A stretch of DNA of 64,000 nucleotides, from NCBI RefSeq assembly GCF_963921235.1, contig NC_086107.1, positions 109,866,001 through 109,930,000 on the forward strand, given 5' to 3'. Positions 13,526-27,629 of the stretch are shown here, in pieces. Below the pieces are notes generated by a model. That model was not told the DNA's origin. It did not search any database and worked only from the letters and a program-made list of their open reading frames with translations. The position numbers and the translations under genes are program-made. The stretch's first letter is position 1, and each line of letters starts with the position of its first letter. This DNA is from Mobula hypostoma (taxonomy: Eukaryota).

Positions 13526-14252
13526 CAGCGGTCCCCAACCACCGGGCCACAAAGAATGTGCTACCGGGCCGCGAGGAAACGATATGAGTCAGCTGCACCT
13601 TTCCTTATTCCCTGTCACGCACTGTTGAACCTGAACATAGGGTTGCCAACTGTCCCGTATACTGGGCTAAATTGGTTTGTCCCATACGGGGCCACCCTTG
13701 TCCCGTACTTCCTCCGCTAAGGTAGAGCATTCCTATGAAACCTTTCGTGCCTTAATGGCATGAAGCAAAGAAGCAATTACCATTAATTTATATGGGAAAA
13801 ATTTTTTGAGCATTCCCGGACCCAAAAAATAACCTACCAAATCATACCAAATAACACACAACACCTAAAATAACACCATCATATAGTAAAAGCAGGAATG
13901 ATATGATAAATACACAGTCTATATAAAGTAGAAATCATGTATGTACAGTATAGTCGAGAAGATGAAGCCAAAACCGATTTGTGGAATAAAATCCGCACGT
14001 ACGCGCATGCGCACACAGGTGCCCGCACAAGGCTTCATGATCATGGTAGTCTTCCTGGGGTAAAGTGTCCCGGGATTTGACTGCTACTTTTGTCCCTTAT
14101 TTGGGAGTGAGAAAGTTGGCAACCCTAACTGTAAACGACATGTTCAGGTGATTTTAACCCTACTTGAACACCCCCCACCACCGGTCGGCTGTCTGCAAGA
14201 ATATTGTCAATATTAAACCGGTCCGCAGTGCAAAAATGGTTGGGAACCCCTG
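13526..14252. mobile_element. composite hAT (Charlie-like) non-autonomous element, copy 1
   Basis: TIRs CAGCGGTCCCCAACC / GGTTGGGAACCCCTG; 8-bp TSD gtctaggt/atctaggt; internal TAGGGTTGCCAAC...GTTGGCAACCCTA element at 13638-14127. Confidence 0.9.
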
Positions 14253-14848
14253 ATCTAGGTGATCCAAGGTCGTGTGGACAGTCACTGAGATCACAGCTGC
14301 TGTAGGCCTATTGCGGTGATAGGCAAATTGCAATGGGTCCAGGCAAATGTGGTCAAAGTCCAAAATTAATATTTCTCATCTGTATTCACCACGGCGTATG
14401 ACATGAAAGATATTGAATTCAGGGAGCAGTATGTGGATAACCTGGATCTGGTCAGTGTTAAAGAGGCAGTTTTAGAAGTCATGGGACGTGAGGTCTGAAA
14501 AATCCCCAGGGCCATTTGAGATCTTGCTCAGCTGTTTTGGGAAGCAAGGGAGCAGATGTGAAAGAACCATGTTTTAAGGGGGATTTCAGGGGACTTTATT
14601 TTTATTTTGTATTTTTTTTAATACAGTGGTAGATATTTGGATCTTGCTGCCAAAGGTGATTGAATCAGATACAATCTCCGACATTTAGACAGCTAAATAG
14701 GCAAGGCATTGAAAGATACTGACCCAGAGAAGGCAAGACCACAAGACACAGGATGAGAATTAGGCCACTCGGCCCATGAATCTGCTCTGCCATTCCATCA
14801 TGGCTGATTTAATACCCCTCTCAACTCCATTCTCCTGCCTTCTCCCCA

Positions 14849-15719
14849 GTTTAACTATCTCAGTTTTACATCTATCACAATGACTATCAACATCAGAAAA
14901 GATTTTAGAAAGTCTTTCCTTCGTCAAATGATAAATGTACAATTTTAAATTGAATCAATGAATGGCTAGCACAAATTGAAGAAGAGTTAACCAACTTCAA
15001 AATCCGCATCCAATCCTCCGTCACAAAAGTCAAATTGAGTTCCTTTTCCCAATCTTGTTTAATCTTAGATAAAGGACGCTTATCCTATTGTAATAATAAA
15101 TTATAAATTCTTCCAAAAGAACCCTTGATCGAAGGATTCATACTCATAATAGTATCTAACAGGTCAGCCTCCAATATGTAAGGAAAATTACTTAAATATT
15201 TTTGTAAAAAATGTCTAACTTGAAGGTATTGCAGAAAGTGTGAGTATGAAAGAGAATATTTATCAATTAATTGTTCAAAAGACATCAATCTATCTTCTTT
15301 AAATAAATCCAAAAAAGAATTAATACCTTTATTTTTCCAAAGTAAAAAAAATTGGATCACTCAAAGAAGGCTTAAAAAAAGTAATTTTGATAAATTAAAC
15401 TACAAAGTTTAAATTTTTTAAGATTAAAAAAATTGCGGAACTGGAGCCAAATTTGTAAAGAATACTTAATCACAGGATATAGGTTTAAATTAACAACTTT
15501 AGCTAATTGCATAGGTAAAGCAGCTCCCAATAACGAGGTTAAATAAAACTGCTTTACAACTTTCAGTTCCAGGTCTACCTAAATTGGCCGAAGACTCTCA
15601 TCAACCCAATATAACCAAAAAGACATGTATCGCACATTAACAGCCCAATAATACATTCTTAGATTAGGCAAAGCAAGACCTCCAACCTTTTTCCAATTTT
15701 TGTAAGTGACATTTATTAA
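14849..15719 (-). mobile_element. L1-type LINE ORF2 C-terminal fragment
   Basis: KGINSFLDLFKEDRLMSFEQL...FLQYLQVRHF and CDRC zinc-knuckle remnant; AT-rich; flanked by a TTCTCCCCA duplication. Confidence 0.8.
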
Positions 15720-16390
15720 TTCTCCCCATAAACTTTGATGCATTAATCAAGAACCTATCAATCACTTCTGTAAATATATCCAACGGCTTTGCCTCCACAG
15801 CAGTCTGTGGCAATGAATTCCATAGATTCACCATCCTCTGGCTAGAGAAATTTCTCCTCACCTCATCTGCTCTAAAGGGACGTCTTTCTACTCTGAGGCT
15901 ATTCTGAGGACATCCTTCTATTCCTATTCTGTGCCCTCTAGTCCTAGACTCCCCAATATAGGAAACATCTCCACATCCACTCTTTGTAGATTGTTCAATA
16001 TTTGATAGTTTTCAATGAGATTCCCGCAGTCTTCTAAATTCCTGCGAGTACAGGCCCACAGCCATCAAACGCTTCTCATACGTTAACCCTTTCATTGCTG
16101 GGATCATTCTAGTGAACCTCCTCTGGACCCTCCAATGGCAGCACATTCTTTCGAAGATAGGGGTCCCAAAACTGCTGGCAATACTCCAAATGGGGTCTGA
16201 CCGATGCATAATAAAGCCTCAGAATTACATCTTTGCTTTTATATTCTAGCCCTCTCAAAATGAATGCTAATGTTGCAATTACCTTCCTCATCACCAACTA
16301 AACCTGCAAGTTAACCTTTCAGGAATTCCGCTTGAGGACTCCCAAGTTCCTTTGCAAGTCTGATTTCTGAATTTACTCCTGGTTTAGAAA
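15720..16390 (-). mobile_element. decayed CR1 3' fragment
   Basis: VRPHLEYCQQFWDP and RVQRRFTRMIP remnants; its 3' UTR continues at about 14735-14848. Confidence 0.8.
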
Positions 16391-16873
16391 GGAGGCAAAT
16401 AGAATTAGTAGAGATGAGTAAAAAAGTTGGGCACGGATGTGATGGGCTGAAGGGCCCACTTCAATGCTGTACAACTCTCTATGTTTGTAAACAAATACCA
16501 AAATGGTAAAACTGTGGCATCAGTCCTAGAGCCAATATAGGATGATGACCGACTGGGAGTTGTTAGAATAAGATAAACCCAACCTTATCAACTGCATTAA
16601 GTTCAGGTTCAAGTTTAATTTCCATCAACCATACACGAATACAACCAAAAGAGACAGTGTTCCTCCAGGGACCCCGTGCAAAACACGGTGCACACACACA
16701 AAGTATCAGTAAAATACAGTCACACAAAGAAAGGTCCAAGTCCCTGAGTCCATGAAGGTTGCAGCAGTCTGCAGTTGAACACAATACAGCTCGTCTTCTG
16801 CCCAGCAATCACTGGAAGGCACCAGCATGGATCCTGCATATCACCTCCAGCACCAAAACTGGTGCCCCTCTTA

Positions 16874-17381
16874 AGCCTGGTTTATACTTCTGCGTCAACG
16901 TGTCGCCGTAAGTACTGCGTCACTGCAAAGCCGACGCGGAACCCTACGTGAGAACCTGCGTTGCTGCGACGCGCACCTCGCCCAAAATGTAACCGCACGT
17001 CGCGGGAACACAGAACGCAACAGCTGTGATTGGTCCGCTTGGGAGCATCGCATTTCACCCTACGCTACAATAGCTTCCCACTGGGCGACTGAACAGCAGG
17101 GAAGGAACTCTGGCTGCAATGCTTTCCATAAAGCTTTTCAGACCTCCAAAATTATGGAGGACACATTTCGCTTTTACGAAAAGACGCTCGCGTTTTGCTT
17201 GTCCCGAGAAAGACTACTATGACCATGAAGCCTTGTGCGGGCAGGTGAGTGCGCATGCGTGACGTGCGCGAATTGCAGAGCAATGCAGACACACCAACGC
17301 ACAAATACAAATGCTCACAACACGCATAGGTAACTTGCGTAGGTTACGGCGTCGATTTAATGCATAAGTATAAATCAGGCT
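16874..17381. mobile_element. PIF/Harbinger-type MITE
   Basis: About 38-bp imperfect TIRs beginning AGCCTG(G/A)TTTATACTT; 3-bp TSD TTA on both sides. Confidence 0.85.
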
Positions 17382-19459
17382 TTAGGCAGCTGCAAACAGA
17401 TATCACCACGGCTTGAGGCCTAGTCCTCACTATAGCTGAGGTCATGCAGCTCCCCCTGCTATTGGTCCCACCAATTCCAAGAACTGGGCTTGTATCATTC
17501 CACATTACCAATGTCTAATAGGGTCCTGTGATCACAAAAAACAAGTGACTAAAGCAATCACTTGCTGTTAGACTGCACACTGCCCTCCTGCACCCACTCT
17601 GATATCTCTCTCTCTACCAGGCAGCACAGTCCACACTAATTTCCAGTTCCTTCAGCTTCTCCACCACAAACAACTTGCTGATAGGGCATTTAAAGTTTTT
17701 AATGTCCAGCAGGGTCTTGCGAACACAAAAAATGTTTTAAAAAGTTTAAATGTTTAAGAAGAGTTATAAAAAAAGACAACACCTTACATCAACACTTAGA
17801 AGCCACTGCATCCAAGTGAACTGTCATCTTACCATTAATATTTATTATTAATAAGTTACTCTTGTTGGATTTGACTGTTTAATTCTTATACTGGACTGCT
17901 TAATTAATATTTTCTTTGTAGTTTTCTTTGCATTTCATATGATAACTTGTATACAAGTAACTGTGCACCATGCTTCCTAGTAATAATAGTATGCATATAA
18001 TAATTTAATATGCCTCCAGTGAATATACACATACTGCATTATTTGAATGTGCTATCTCAATGATTGACTCTTATCTAAAAATTTGAATGGAATTTTCCTC
18101 ATCTCTCTAGTATAAAAATAGCTGGCAGCATCATTTTTTTACTTAGCTTTCTCTCTTTTCAACTCGTATACCCCCATCACTGTTCTGTCCTTTTCCTTTG
18201 TTCTATCAATGCATAATAAGACAATCGTGAAGCACCAGGTTTTATGCCTCTTTCCTGACCCCTAAAATAACCTTGGACTTAAACATCACAATCCAATACC
18301 CTCTTCGCAGATGAAATGGAAGTGGACACTGTACAAGCTTGTTACAGCCCATCACTGAGCTTATCTGAACAGGACTCTTACGTGATAGCAACTATGTGCC
18401 AATTTACTAAGTGCACAGATAATAAATTTATAAGTTTCATTAATTTTTACATACAGTACATTGCAGTAACAGTTATGAGAAATAAGAAATCCCAACACAA
18501 GGTGCAACTAATATTTTTACAAATAAGTATACATTTGGACTTGGAAAAAGACAAACAACCTTATCAACCAATCCCAACCACCCTCTTGTCCTCTCCCACA
18601 AAAAGTTAACCCCCTTAACTACTGTTACGATTATATATTGTATTTTTTAAAAAAGATTAAAGATCAACATTATTTGTCACATGTACTTCAAAATATACAA
18701 AGTAATGCGTCATTTGTGGCAAATTAAATCTGCACGGATTGTGTTGGGGGTAGCCGACAAGTGTCACCACACTTCCAGTGCCCACAACTTACTAATCCTA
18801 ACCACGTGTCTTTGGAATGTGGGAGGAAACTACAGCACCCAGAGGAAACCCAAACAATCACAGGGAGAATGTACAAACTCCCTGAAGGCAGCAGCAGAAA
18901 TCGAACCTCGATTGGTGATAGCAGGCGCACTAAAACAACTGTGCTAACCACCATGCCACCATGCTGCCTCCTGTTTTGTGGGAGTGTACTCCTTTCACCA
19001 TCCCTGGTGGAAAATTTCTCTCCCAACTTTATTTGCAGTGTGCTTTGCACCTTGGCCCTGGAGGAACACTGTTTTGCTTGGCTATATTCAAGTAGAGTTG
19101 AATGATAATTAAATTTGAACTGAACTTGAAGTCAGCAGCACCAGAAACTTCATGCAAGCTGCTTTTCCAAGGGACTTACCCAATGACCCAGTGAAACAAA
19201 TACAAAAACTTCAGTGAGAAACAAACTGCTGGAGGAACTCAGTGAGTTAGCAGCATCTCCAGAGGGACATGGATATTTCAGGATGAGACCCTTTATCTGA
19301 ATTGAAAAGGGGTTATAGCTAGTACAAGTTGGTGAGGGTGTAGGGTAGAACAATGATTGGTGGGACATCAACACGAGTATTAGGGAAGGAAGGAGCTGTG
19401 TTGATGGGATGGCCTCCACTTGAATCATGCTGGGACCAGGATCTTGGAGAATCACATGA

Positions 19460-19755
19460 ATGGGTGCTACGGTAACATAGTGATTACCACGACGCTATTA
19501 CAGCTTGGGGTGTCAGAGTTCAATTCTGACATAGTCTGTAAGGAATCTGCACATTCTCCCCATAGAATGCGTGGGTTTTCTTCAGGGTCTCCTGGTTTCC
19601 TTCCACAGTCCAAAGACGTACCAGTTAGTAGGTTAATTGGCCATTGTAAATTGTCCCATGGTTAGCTTGGAGATAAATCAGGAGTTGCTGGGCGTTGCAG
19701 CTCAAATGGCTGTCAGGGCCTATTCTGTGCTGTATCTCTACACAAATAAAAATAA
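19460..19755 (+). mobile_element. HE1/HER1-like chondrichthyan SINE (representative of about 10 copies in the window)
   Basis: GGTTTCCT(T/C)CCACAGTCCAAAGACGT...GGTTAATTGG core and (AAAT)n tail; related copies at about 2530-2830, 5570-5845, 9010-9175, 12805-13090, 18650-18965, 20580-20865, 51580-51815 and 56150-56410. Confidence 0.65.
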
Positions 19756-21444
19756 ATAATTAGTCTCCTGTGCCTAAGCATAAAGTGAAAGGGAAGTTAA
19801 GTGCAACTCTGCCATGGACAGTCCCATGCCCGGCTGCAAAAGGAGGAGGCTTCAAGATGAGGCTAGCAACCCCATCCCATAAGAACACAGAGCTGCAAAC
19901 AGAAGCTTCAAAGACCTCATCCCTGGGAGAGAAAGGATACACCAAGATGGGCTACACCTGGAGACAACGTGAAAGACTGGCCCAGTGCAGTGGACTCTGG
20001 GTAGCTGCTGACGGCAGCCTACGCCCCAGAGGGGTGATGGGCTTAGAAGGAAAGTGCAGAAGAGGTCTGGATGTCTCCAGAACTAAAATCTTCAAAGTTT
20101 AGAAAGCTACAAGTATTTATCTTCTGGAAACATGGACACAAAATTGAAAAGGGTGATGAAAAAAGGACTGAAGGTGTTATATGTGGGATCTGAAAAGGAA
20201 GGTGGAGCACAGAGTCCAACTTTTGACCACCCTCCCCTCTTTACACTGGATATCAACCTTTTATTCTCAATCCAGAAGGGTCTCCACCTTAAATGCTGAC
20301 GACCCATTTCACCCCAGAGTTCCTCCAGCACCTTGTTTCTTGCTCCCTATTCCAGCACCTGCAGTCTCACGTCTCCAGAAAATGCAGAGGATGGATTCAA
20401 TATGGATATAACAGAGCACATCCTACTTCACATCAACAGTGGACAGTCCAAATAATTCTTAAAAAGTAACAAGTCAGAGAGGAGGTTCCGAAGGATTTTG
20501 AGAACCAAAGTTCAAAAGTTCTAAGTAAATATTTTATCAAAGTACATATATGTCACCATATACTGCCTTAAGATTCATTTTATTTATTTACTTAGCAATA
20601 CAGCACAGAATAAGCCCATCCAGCCCCTCAAGATGCGATGCCCAGCAACCTCAGATTTAACCCTAATCTAATCACAGGACAATTTCCGATAGCCAATTAA
20701 CCTACTAACCGGTAGGTCTTTGGACTGCGGGAAGAAACTGAGGCACCCGGAGAAAACCCACTCATTCCACAGGATGAATGTACAGAGAGTGCCTGGATTG
20801 AAACTCCAAACTCCGACACCCCAAACTGTAATAACAACGCACTAACCTCTACACTACTCTGGCGCCCCTTTTCTTGCGGGCATTCACAGTGGAAGAAATG
20901 CAATAGGATCAATGAAAAAACTATGCACAGACACTGGCAGCTTACTAGAATTTAGAGGTGAGGTCCAAATAAAATCAAGGATAATGTAACTGCCAACCAC
21001 AAAAAGCACCGCTGCTAGTTCAGCAGAGAAATTTTAAACTCGAGCAAGTCCAGACTGTAGCTTTTTAAGGATACACTGACAAGATTTGTAAACGAGTCAG
21101 GATGAAGCAACCCCTCATTACCTTCATCAGTCGAGGCATCGAGTTCAAGAGTCAGGAAATATACCGCAGCTTTATAAAACTCTACTAGGCCACATCGACA
21201 AGACGATAAGAGGCATATATCGAGTGGGTCGTCAGAGACCTTTCCCCAGGGCAGAAATGGCTAGTACAAGAGGACATAATTTTAAGGCAATTGCTGGAAT
21301 GTATAGGGGGATTGTCAGAGTTATGTTTGTTACACAGAGAGCGGTGAGTGTGTGGAACACCCTGTCAGGGGTGGTGGTAGAGGCAGATATATTAGAAACT
21401 CTTGGATGGGCATATGAATGATAGAAAAATGTAAGGTTATGTGT

Positions 21445-21740
21445 GGGCACGTGGCCAAGTGGTTAAAGCATTCGACTAGTGATCTGAAGGTCGTGAGTTT
21501 GAGCCCCAGCCGAGGCAGCGTGTTGTGTCCTTGAGCAAGGCACTTAATCACACATTGCTCTGCGACGACACCGGTGCCAAGCTGTATGGGTCCTAATGCC
21601 CTTCCCTTGGACAACATCAGTGTCGTGGAGAGGGGAGACTTGCAGCATGGGCAACTGCTGGTCTTCTATGCAACCTTGCCCTGGAGAGTGAAGACTTTCC
21701 AGGTGCAGATCCATGGTCTCGCAAGACTAACAGATGCCTT
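21445..21740 (+). mobile_element. tRNA-derived SINE
   Basis: A box TGGCCAAGTGG, B box GTTTGAGCC, central GTCCTTGAGCAAGGCACTTAA domain; near-identical copy at 56421-56713. Confidence 0.85.
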
Positions 21741-22786
21741 TTTATGTAGGAAAGAAGAGTTAGACAGATTTTAAGAGCATGTGAAAACTTTGACACAACA
21801 TCATGGGCCAAAGGGCTGTTCTGTGCTATACTGTCCTATGTTCTATCTGGTGTATTGCATTCAGTTCTGGTCACGCCATTTATAGAAGGGCTGGGAGGCT
21901 TCGGAGAAGGTGCAGGTGGAGTTTACCAGGATGCACCTTAGATGATAGTGCAAGTGCTTGTGGGGAGCGATTGAACAGGCTTGGGCTTTTCTCTCTGGAG
22001 TGGCAGAGTCTAAGGGGAGGTGATATAAATTTATGAAATTCTGAGAGGCATAGTTGGGATAGACAGCCAATATATTTTTCCTTGGGTTGAAATGTCTAGC
22101 GCGAGAGGCTATACATTTAATCTATGGGTGTGGTTAATTCAAAGGAGATGTGTTATAATGTACATGGAGGATGCCTGGAATGTGCTGCCTGGAGGTTAAA
22201 GAAAAATAGAAATGTTTCAGAAGTTCTTAGACAGGCACAAGAATGTACAGATAACGAAGGGATCCGCTATTCAGGCAATTTAAACGCCAGCCCAGATAAA
22301 GTAAGGGCTCCTCGCTCCTTAACGGAGAGACACTGCGAGACTGGCCCCGGCTGCTGTGCTTCGTGTCTGCAAACTTTGCGGCAATTTGCTCCACTAATAT
22401 GATGAACGAATATAGAGGGTTTGGGTCTAATCCAGGGATTTCGATCTAAAGACTCAATCTGGCTCTGAATGCTGTTGTTGCTGCTCACTTCTATTGTATG
22501 TATGATTTGTGTGTCCATCCCCCACTTTCTCTGTACGTTGGGTCTTTTTTTTTATTGAGTTCATTCAGCTTTCTTGCTTTCTTTGATAATTAACAGACTT
22601 TGACTCTTGATATGGACCATGTGTAGGCAAAAGTGATTAGTTTTCTTAGATGTTTCATTTCTAGTTTAATTAGTTCAGCATTACATTGTGGGCCGAAGGG
22701 CACAGTTCTGTGCTGGACTGTTCCACATCCTATGAAGGACAGAGTGGCCGAGTCCCATGTCCCAAAGCGAAAATTATGTAACTCAC

Positions 22787-22895
22787 CCTCCTCCGCCAGT
22801 TCCTTGTTGATGACAAGTTTGCCATGTCGGAGATAATTCAATATGGGCCCAAAGTACGTGGGGTCACGGTCAATCAAGTACGCCCCCGTCTCGTC
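22787..22895 (-). CDS. KCTD17: KCTD17-like coding exon 2
   Basis: ctcAG acceptor; [36 protein letters not shown](G); GTGAGT donor; 109 nt, phase 0 to 1. Confidence 0.93.
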
Positions 22896-23269
22896 CTGAG
22901 GAAGAAAGTCACTGTTTACTATTTCTGAATTCGCAACCTAACCAAGAGACGGAGCGCAAGAATCAGCCCCAGCGCGTGGTCTGCACAAGTCCTGTTGTAG
23001 ACGGTTATCTCTGCACAGGCATACAAAGTGTGCAGTAGATCTACAACAAGAAAAACAGTTCACACACTTGCTAAATTTATCACACAGACACCAACACCTG
23101 CACATCACAAACTTATGCAGTGTGCTTTGTGCATTGCCTTGCGCAATACGACACACCAGAGAATTGCCGGTTAAATGCATTAAGTTTATTTCCGGTAAAC
23201 AAGAAGCACACTCAGGATGAAGCTTTTAATTCTAGAACAACCGCAATGTCCTTTTCTTTCAGAATATAG

Positions 23270-24645
23270 GGTTTCTCTTCCACCACTATCTATACGGTAT
23301 ATTCTCCATTTCATGACCATCTGCCCTCACCCATCACCTCCTAAAACAACGGGGATAGGGCTCCCCTCGTCCTCAACTACCACCCCACAAATCCAACACA
23401 TGATTCTCTACAACTTCAGCCATCTCCCGTGGGATCCTACCAACAGGCACATCTTTCCTATCCATTCACCTCCACTTTCTGCAGGGGATTGCTCTCTACG
23501 CAACCCCGCTGGCCCTCCCGGCACATCCTTACGACTGCGACAAGTGCCTCGGCCCCTCCCTCACCACCATTCAGGCCCCAAACAGCCCTTCCAGGTGAGA
23601 TGACACTTCACTGCAAGTCAGGTGGGGCCATCTTTTGTATTTCATGGTGTGACCTCCTCAACATCGGCGAGACCCGACGCAGAATGAGTGGGATTGCTTT
23701 GTTGAGCACCTTTGTTCTGTCTGCCGCAACAGCAGGGATCTCCTGATGGCCACCCATTTCAACTCAACCACGCTGAAAAGTCAGTACGTGGCCTCTTCTA
23801 CTGGCACAAGAGGCCACGTGCAGGTTAGAGGACCAATACTTCATATTCTGTCTGGGTAACCTCCAACCTGATGGCACGAATATTGATGTCTCTAACTTCC
23901 AGTAAGACTCCCCCGTCTTCCACCCCCCCCACTCCATTCTAATGGCCCACTTCGTTTTCTCCTCCCTTGCCCTCACGACTCCACCCCCCCATAATTCCAT
24001 TGCCCACTTTCTTATCCTATCAGATTCTTTCTTCTTCAACCCTTTACCTCTCCCACCTATCATCTCCCAACTTTTCACATCACAGCCCTGCTCCCCCCCC
24101 CATCCACCCACCTGGTCTCACCTATCCCCTGCCAGTTTATACTTAGTCGCCAAACAAATTGAATAGAGTGTACAATCATCACAGTGATATTTGATTCTGC
24201 ACTTCGTGCTTCCTGGAGTACAAATTGATAGTAAATATTAAAAATTTAAATTATAAATCAGAAATAGAAAATAGAAAATGGAAAGTAAGGTAGTGCAAAA
24301 AAACAGAGAGGCAGGTTGGATATTTGGAGGGTATGGCCCAGATCCGGGTCAGGATCCGTTCAGCAGTCTTATCACAGTTGGAAAGAAGCCTATCCCAAAT
24401 CCGGCTGTACGAGTCTTCAAGCTCCTGAGCCTTCTCCCGGAGGGAAGAGGGACGAAAAGAGTGTTGGCTGGGCGGGTGGTGTCCTTGATTATCCTGGCAG
24501 CACTGCTCTTCCCCCTCATCCCAACTTATTCTGGAAACTGCCCTCTTCCTTTCCAGTCCCAATGAAGGGTCTCCGCCTGAAATGTCGACTATTTATTCCC
24601 CTTCATCGCCTGACTTGCTGAGTTCTTGCAGCATTTTGTGCATCT
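23270..24645 (+). mobile_element. decayed Penelope-like element 3' part (GIY-YIG, pyrimidine tract, hammerhead remnant), interrupted at about 24140-24500 by a Rex-type 3' end
   Basis: GPKQPFQVR...IFCISWCDLLNIGETRRR, homologous to 60750-61680; hammerhead remnant at 24555-24590. Confidence 0.8.
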
Positions 24646-27629
24646 TGCACGAAACATAGAAGAGTACAATTCAGTAACAGGCCATTAACCAGCTAAAAAA
24701 AACAAATCAAAAACACCCAAAAGCTAATCCCTCCTACCTGCACCATGTCCATATTCCTCCACCTTCCTTACATCCATGTGCCTATCCACATCACTTAAAA
24801 GCCTCTAATGTATTTGCCTCTACCACCACACCAGGCAGCACATTCCAGGCATCCACCACTTTCTGAATAAATACTTACCCCTCATGTCCCCCGTGAACCT
24901 ACCCCCTCCCACCTTCAATGCATTCTCTCTAGTATTAGATATTTCAACCCAAAGAAACAGATTCTCTCTGTTCACTCTATTTTCGTTGACATCCAACTGT
25001 CTTGAAGGACTATGCGATGACGATATCAATCCAAGCCTGGGCGGAAGGTTATGGAGATGCCCAGTTGTCAAGATCCCCCTCTCGACCTCACCGGTGTAGA
25101 CCAAAGGAAAGCTTATGAAGCAAAACGTTTGGCACCAGATTGGCTGCAGGAGCTGCCGGGAGGATGTTCAATGACGTCCAACCGCCTTAGGGGCTCCACT
25201 CCAGATTGTCTGCCTGGGTTTACTCCCGTAGCCTTCGTCTCTCCTGAGGCTGCCCACAAAGTAGTGGGGCTAATTACCAATAACTGGTGCCAAAATGGCT
25301 GTTGTGATGCATCTAGTGTGGTAGTGTAGTGGGTAGTGCTCGTCATTCTCACTTTCAGCTTCTACTGCTGGCTAGCAGTCTTGCAAAAAGGAGAGCTGAA
25401 CATGTAAGTCTCTCCCTGCCAGTACATAGCCTCTCCAACAGCAAGCCTCATGCAGTACCTCCTCGCTGGCAACACACACAAACTGAACTCCTTTCGGACG
25501 CAGGCTGAATTACAGAGGACAGGGAGGAGGTCTGGCCCCTGCGTATGTAACACACAGGCCCACCAGTGTGTGCACATGCCCTGGTGCTCGTGAACCAGAT
25601 CCACTCTATCTATGCCTCTCATTATCTTGTAAACCTCTATCAAATCTCCCCTCAGCCTCCAGAGAAAACGACCAGAGTTTATCCAGCTTCTCGTGATAGC
25701 ACGTCCTCTAAACCAGACCGCATCCTGGTGAACCTCTTCTGCACCCTCTCCAAAGCTTCAACCCCTTTCTTCTAAAGGGGCGACCAGAACAGAAATTCTT
25801 TCTGTCGCAGAAAGTAATCTCACAACCGCAGGAAGAAACGGGACAACTAGGGGAGACCAAATAAAAGCACCACGGCACAACAGATTGAATGGAAACCACA
25901 GGAGTACAGTTGTATCAGATAACTCTGAGCATTGTCCATCTGTCTTCCTCTTAACATAGGGACATGGCACAGCTAAGACTCAAGTCAACCTGTGAAAATT
26001 TTTTCCACGTAGAGAGTGAAGATGTAGAGGTAGACACAATTTCAATGTTTAAAAGGCATTTGGATAGAACAGATTTGGGCCAAACACGGGGAAATGGGGC
26101 GAGCTCAGGTAGGCAACTTGGTCGTCAGATGCCTGTTTCTGAGCTCTACGAGTTTATAGCTTTGTGAAGACTGTACAAAACTTACTTCACAGGATCTACG
26201 AGTAAAACTAAACATTTTTTCCTGAAGATTTCCTCAGGATTTTTCCTGCAATGCCACATTCACAACTCTTATAATTCCTTATGTAACTCTGCTTTGAGTA
26301 AAGCTTTTATTTGTGTAACAAATTTAATAATGGCTCTTAGAAGTTAAATCTTCAGGCTGGAACAATTGGCTTAATTAACATTGATTTTTTGAACTTTTGA
26401 TTATTGCACTCCCTTCACCATTCCTGTTTCATCTCACGTTATCTCCTCACCTGCCCATCATTTCCCTCTGGGGCTCCTCCCGTTCCCTTTCTTCCATGGT
26501 CTTCTCTCTTATCAGATTCCCCCTTCTCCAGCCCTTTATCTCATCTACCAATCAACTTCCCAGCTCTTTACTTCATTCCCTCTCTCCTCCCAGATTAATC
26601 TATCACCTGCCACCATGTACTTCTTCCTCCCCCCAACATTCTGCCTTCCCTTTCTTCCCAGTCCTGAAGATGGTAGATACATTAGGGACATTTAAGAAAC
26701 TTAAATGGCTGATAGGAAAATGGACGGTCAGTAGGATGGAAGGGTTAGATAAGATAACGAGTAGGTTAAAAGGTCGAGACAACATTGTAGGTCAAAGGGC
26801 CTGTGATGTTCTATGCTCTATGATGAAATGGTGGAGCTGATTCAATGGGCTGAATGGCCTAATTCTGTTCCTCTATATTATGGTCTGATCCTTGAGCTCT
26901 ACCACCATCTCTGGCAGTGCATTCCACACACCCTGCACTCTCGAAGAACAACACACAACACACCACATACGTCGCCCTGTTCTGTCACATTCTTCAATGG
27001 CCCTGTGGCGATATCCTCTTGAAAGATGTGTATTAGACCGTAAGACATCAGGACAGATTTCAGCCTTTCAGCCCATTGAGTCTGCTCTGCCATTTGATCA
27101 TCTGAAACCTTAATGGTTTGATGCTCAGCACGACTCACAGACCTCTTCCAACTAACGTACATAATGAGAAAATATTCTGCAGAACTGAAGGACAACAGAC
27201 TTGATATAATACTCCACAAATGCTGCTTGACCACAGTGAACTCCACTTTTTGCTTCAGACTTTCAGCACCTGCAGTATTATACTCTTCAAAATTTTCAAT
27301 CTAGATCGCAATTCCTTCCAGATCCAAAGAGCTGACCGACACTCACCATCTGGAACTGCTGACCAGGAGGTTTCTACAAAACTAGTAGCATCCCAGATCT
27401 AAATCATTCCCTCCACAGGAGCCTGGAAGAAGTGATGGTGGCATGCAGGGAAGCAGTGCCTACTCTAGCTCCCAATAATGGTGCTAGCTTTAAGTTCTTA
27501 GATAGCGTTTCAAAGTTTCTAGTCAGGGATTTCAGTCGTTGAAAGTTCCGCTGAACTCTTGGACAAAATTATACAGGGATTTTATGGACAACAGACCTGG
27601 TGACAGTGACTTGACCTGCAGCTCAGCCA

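Noticed and set aside
21445..21520. tRNA gene
   Set aside because: A and B boxes are present, but the sequence runs into a SINE body found in several copies and I saw no full cloverleaf or terminator.
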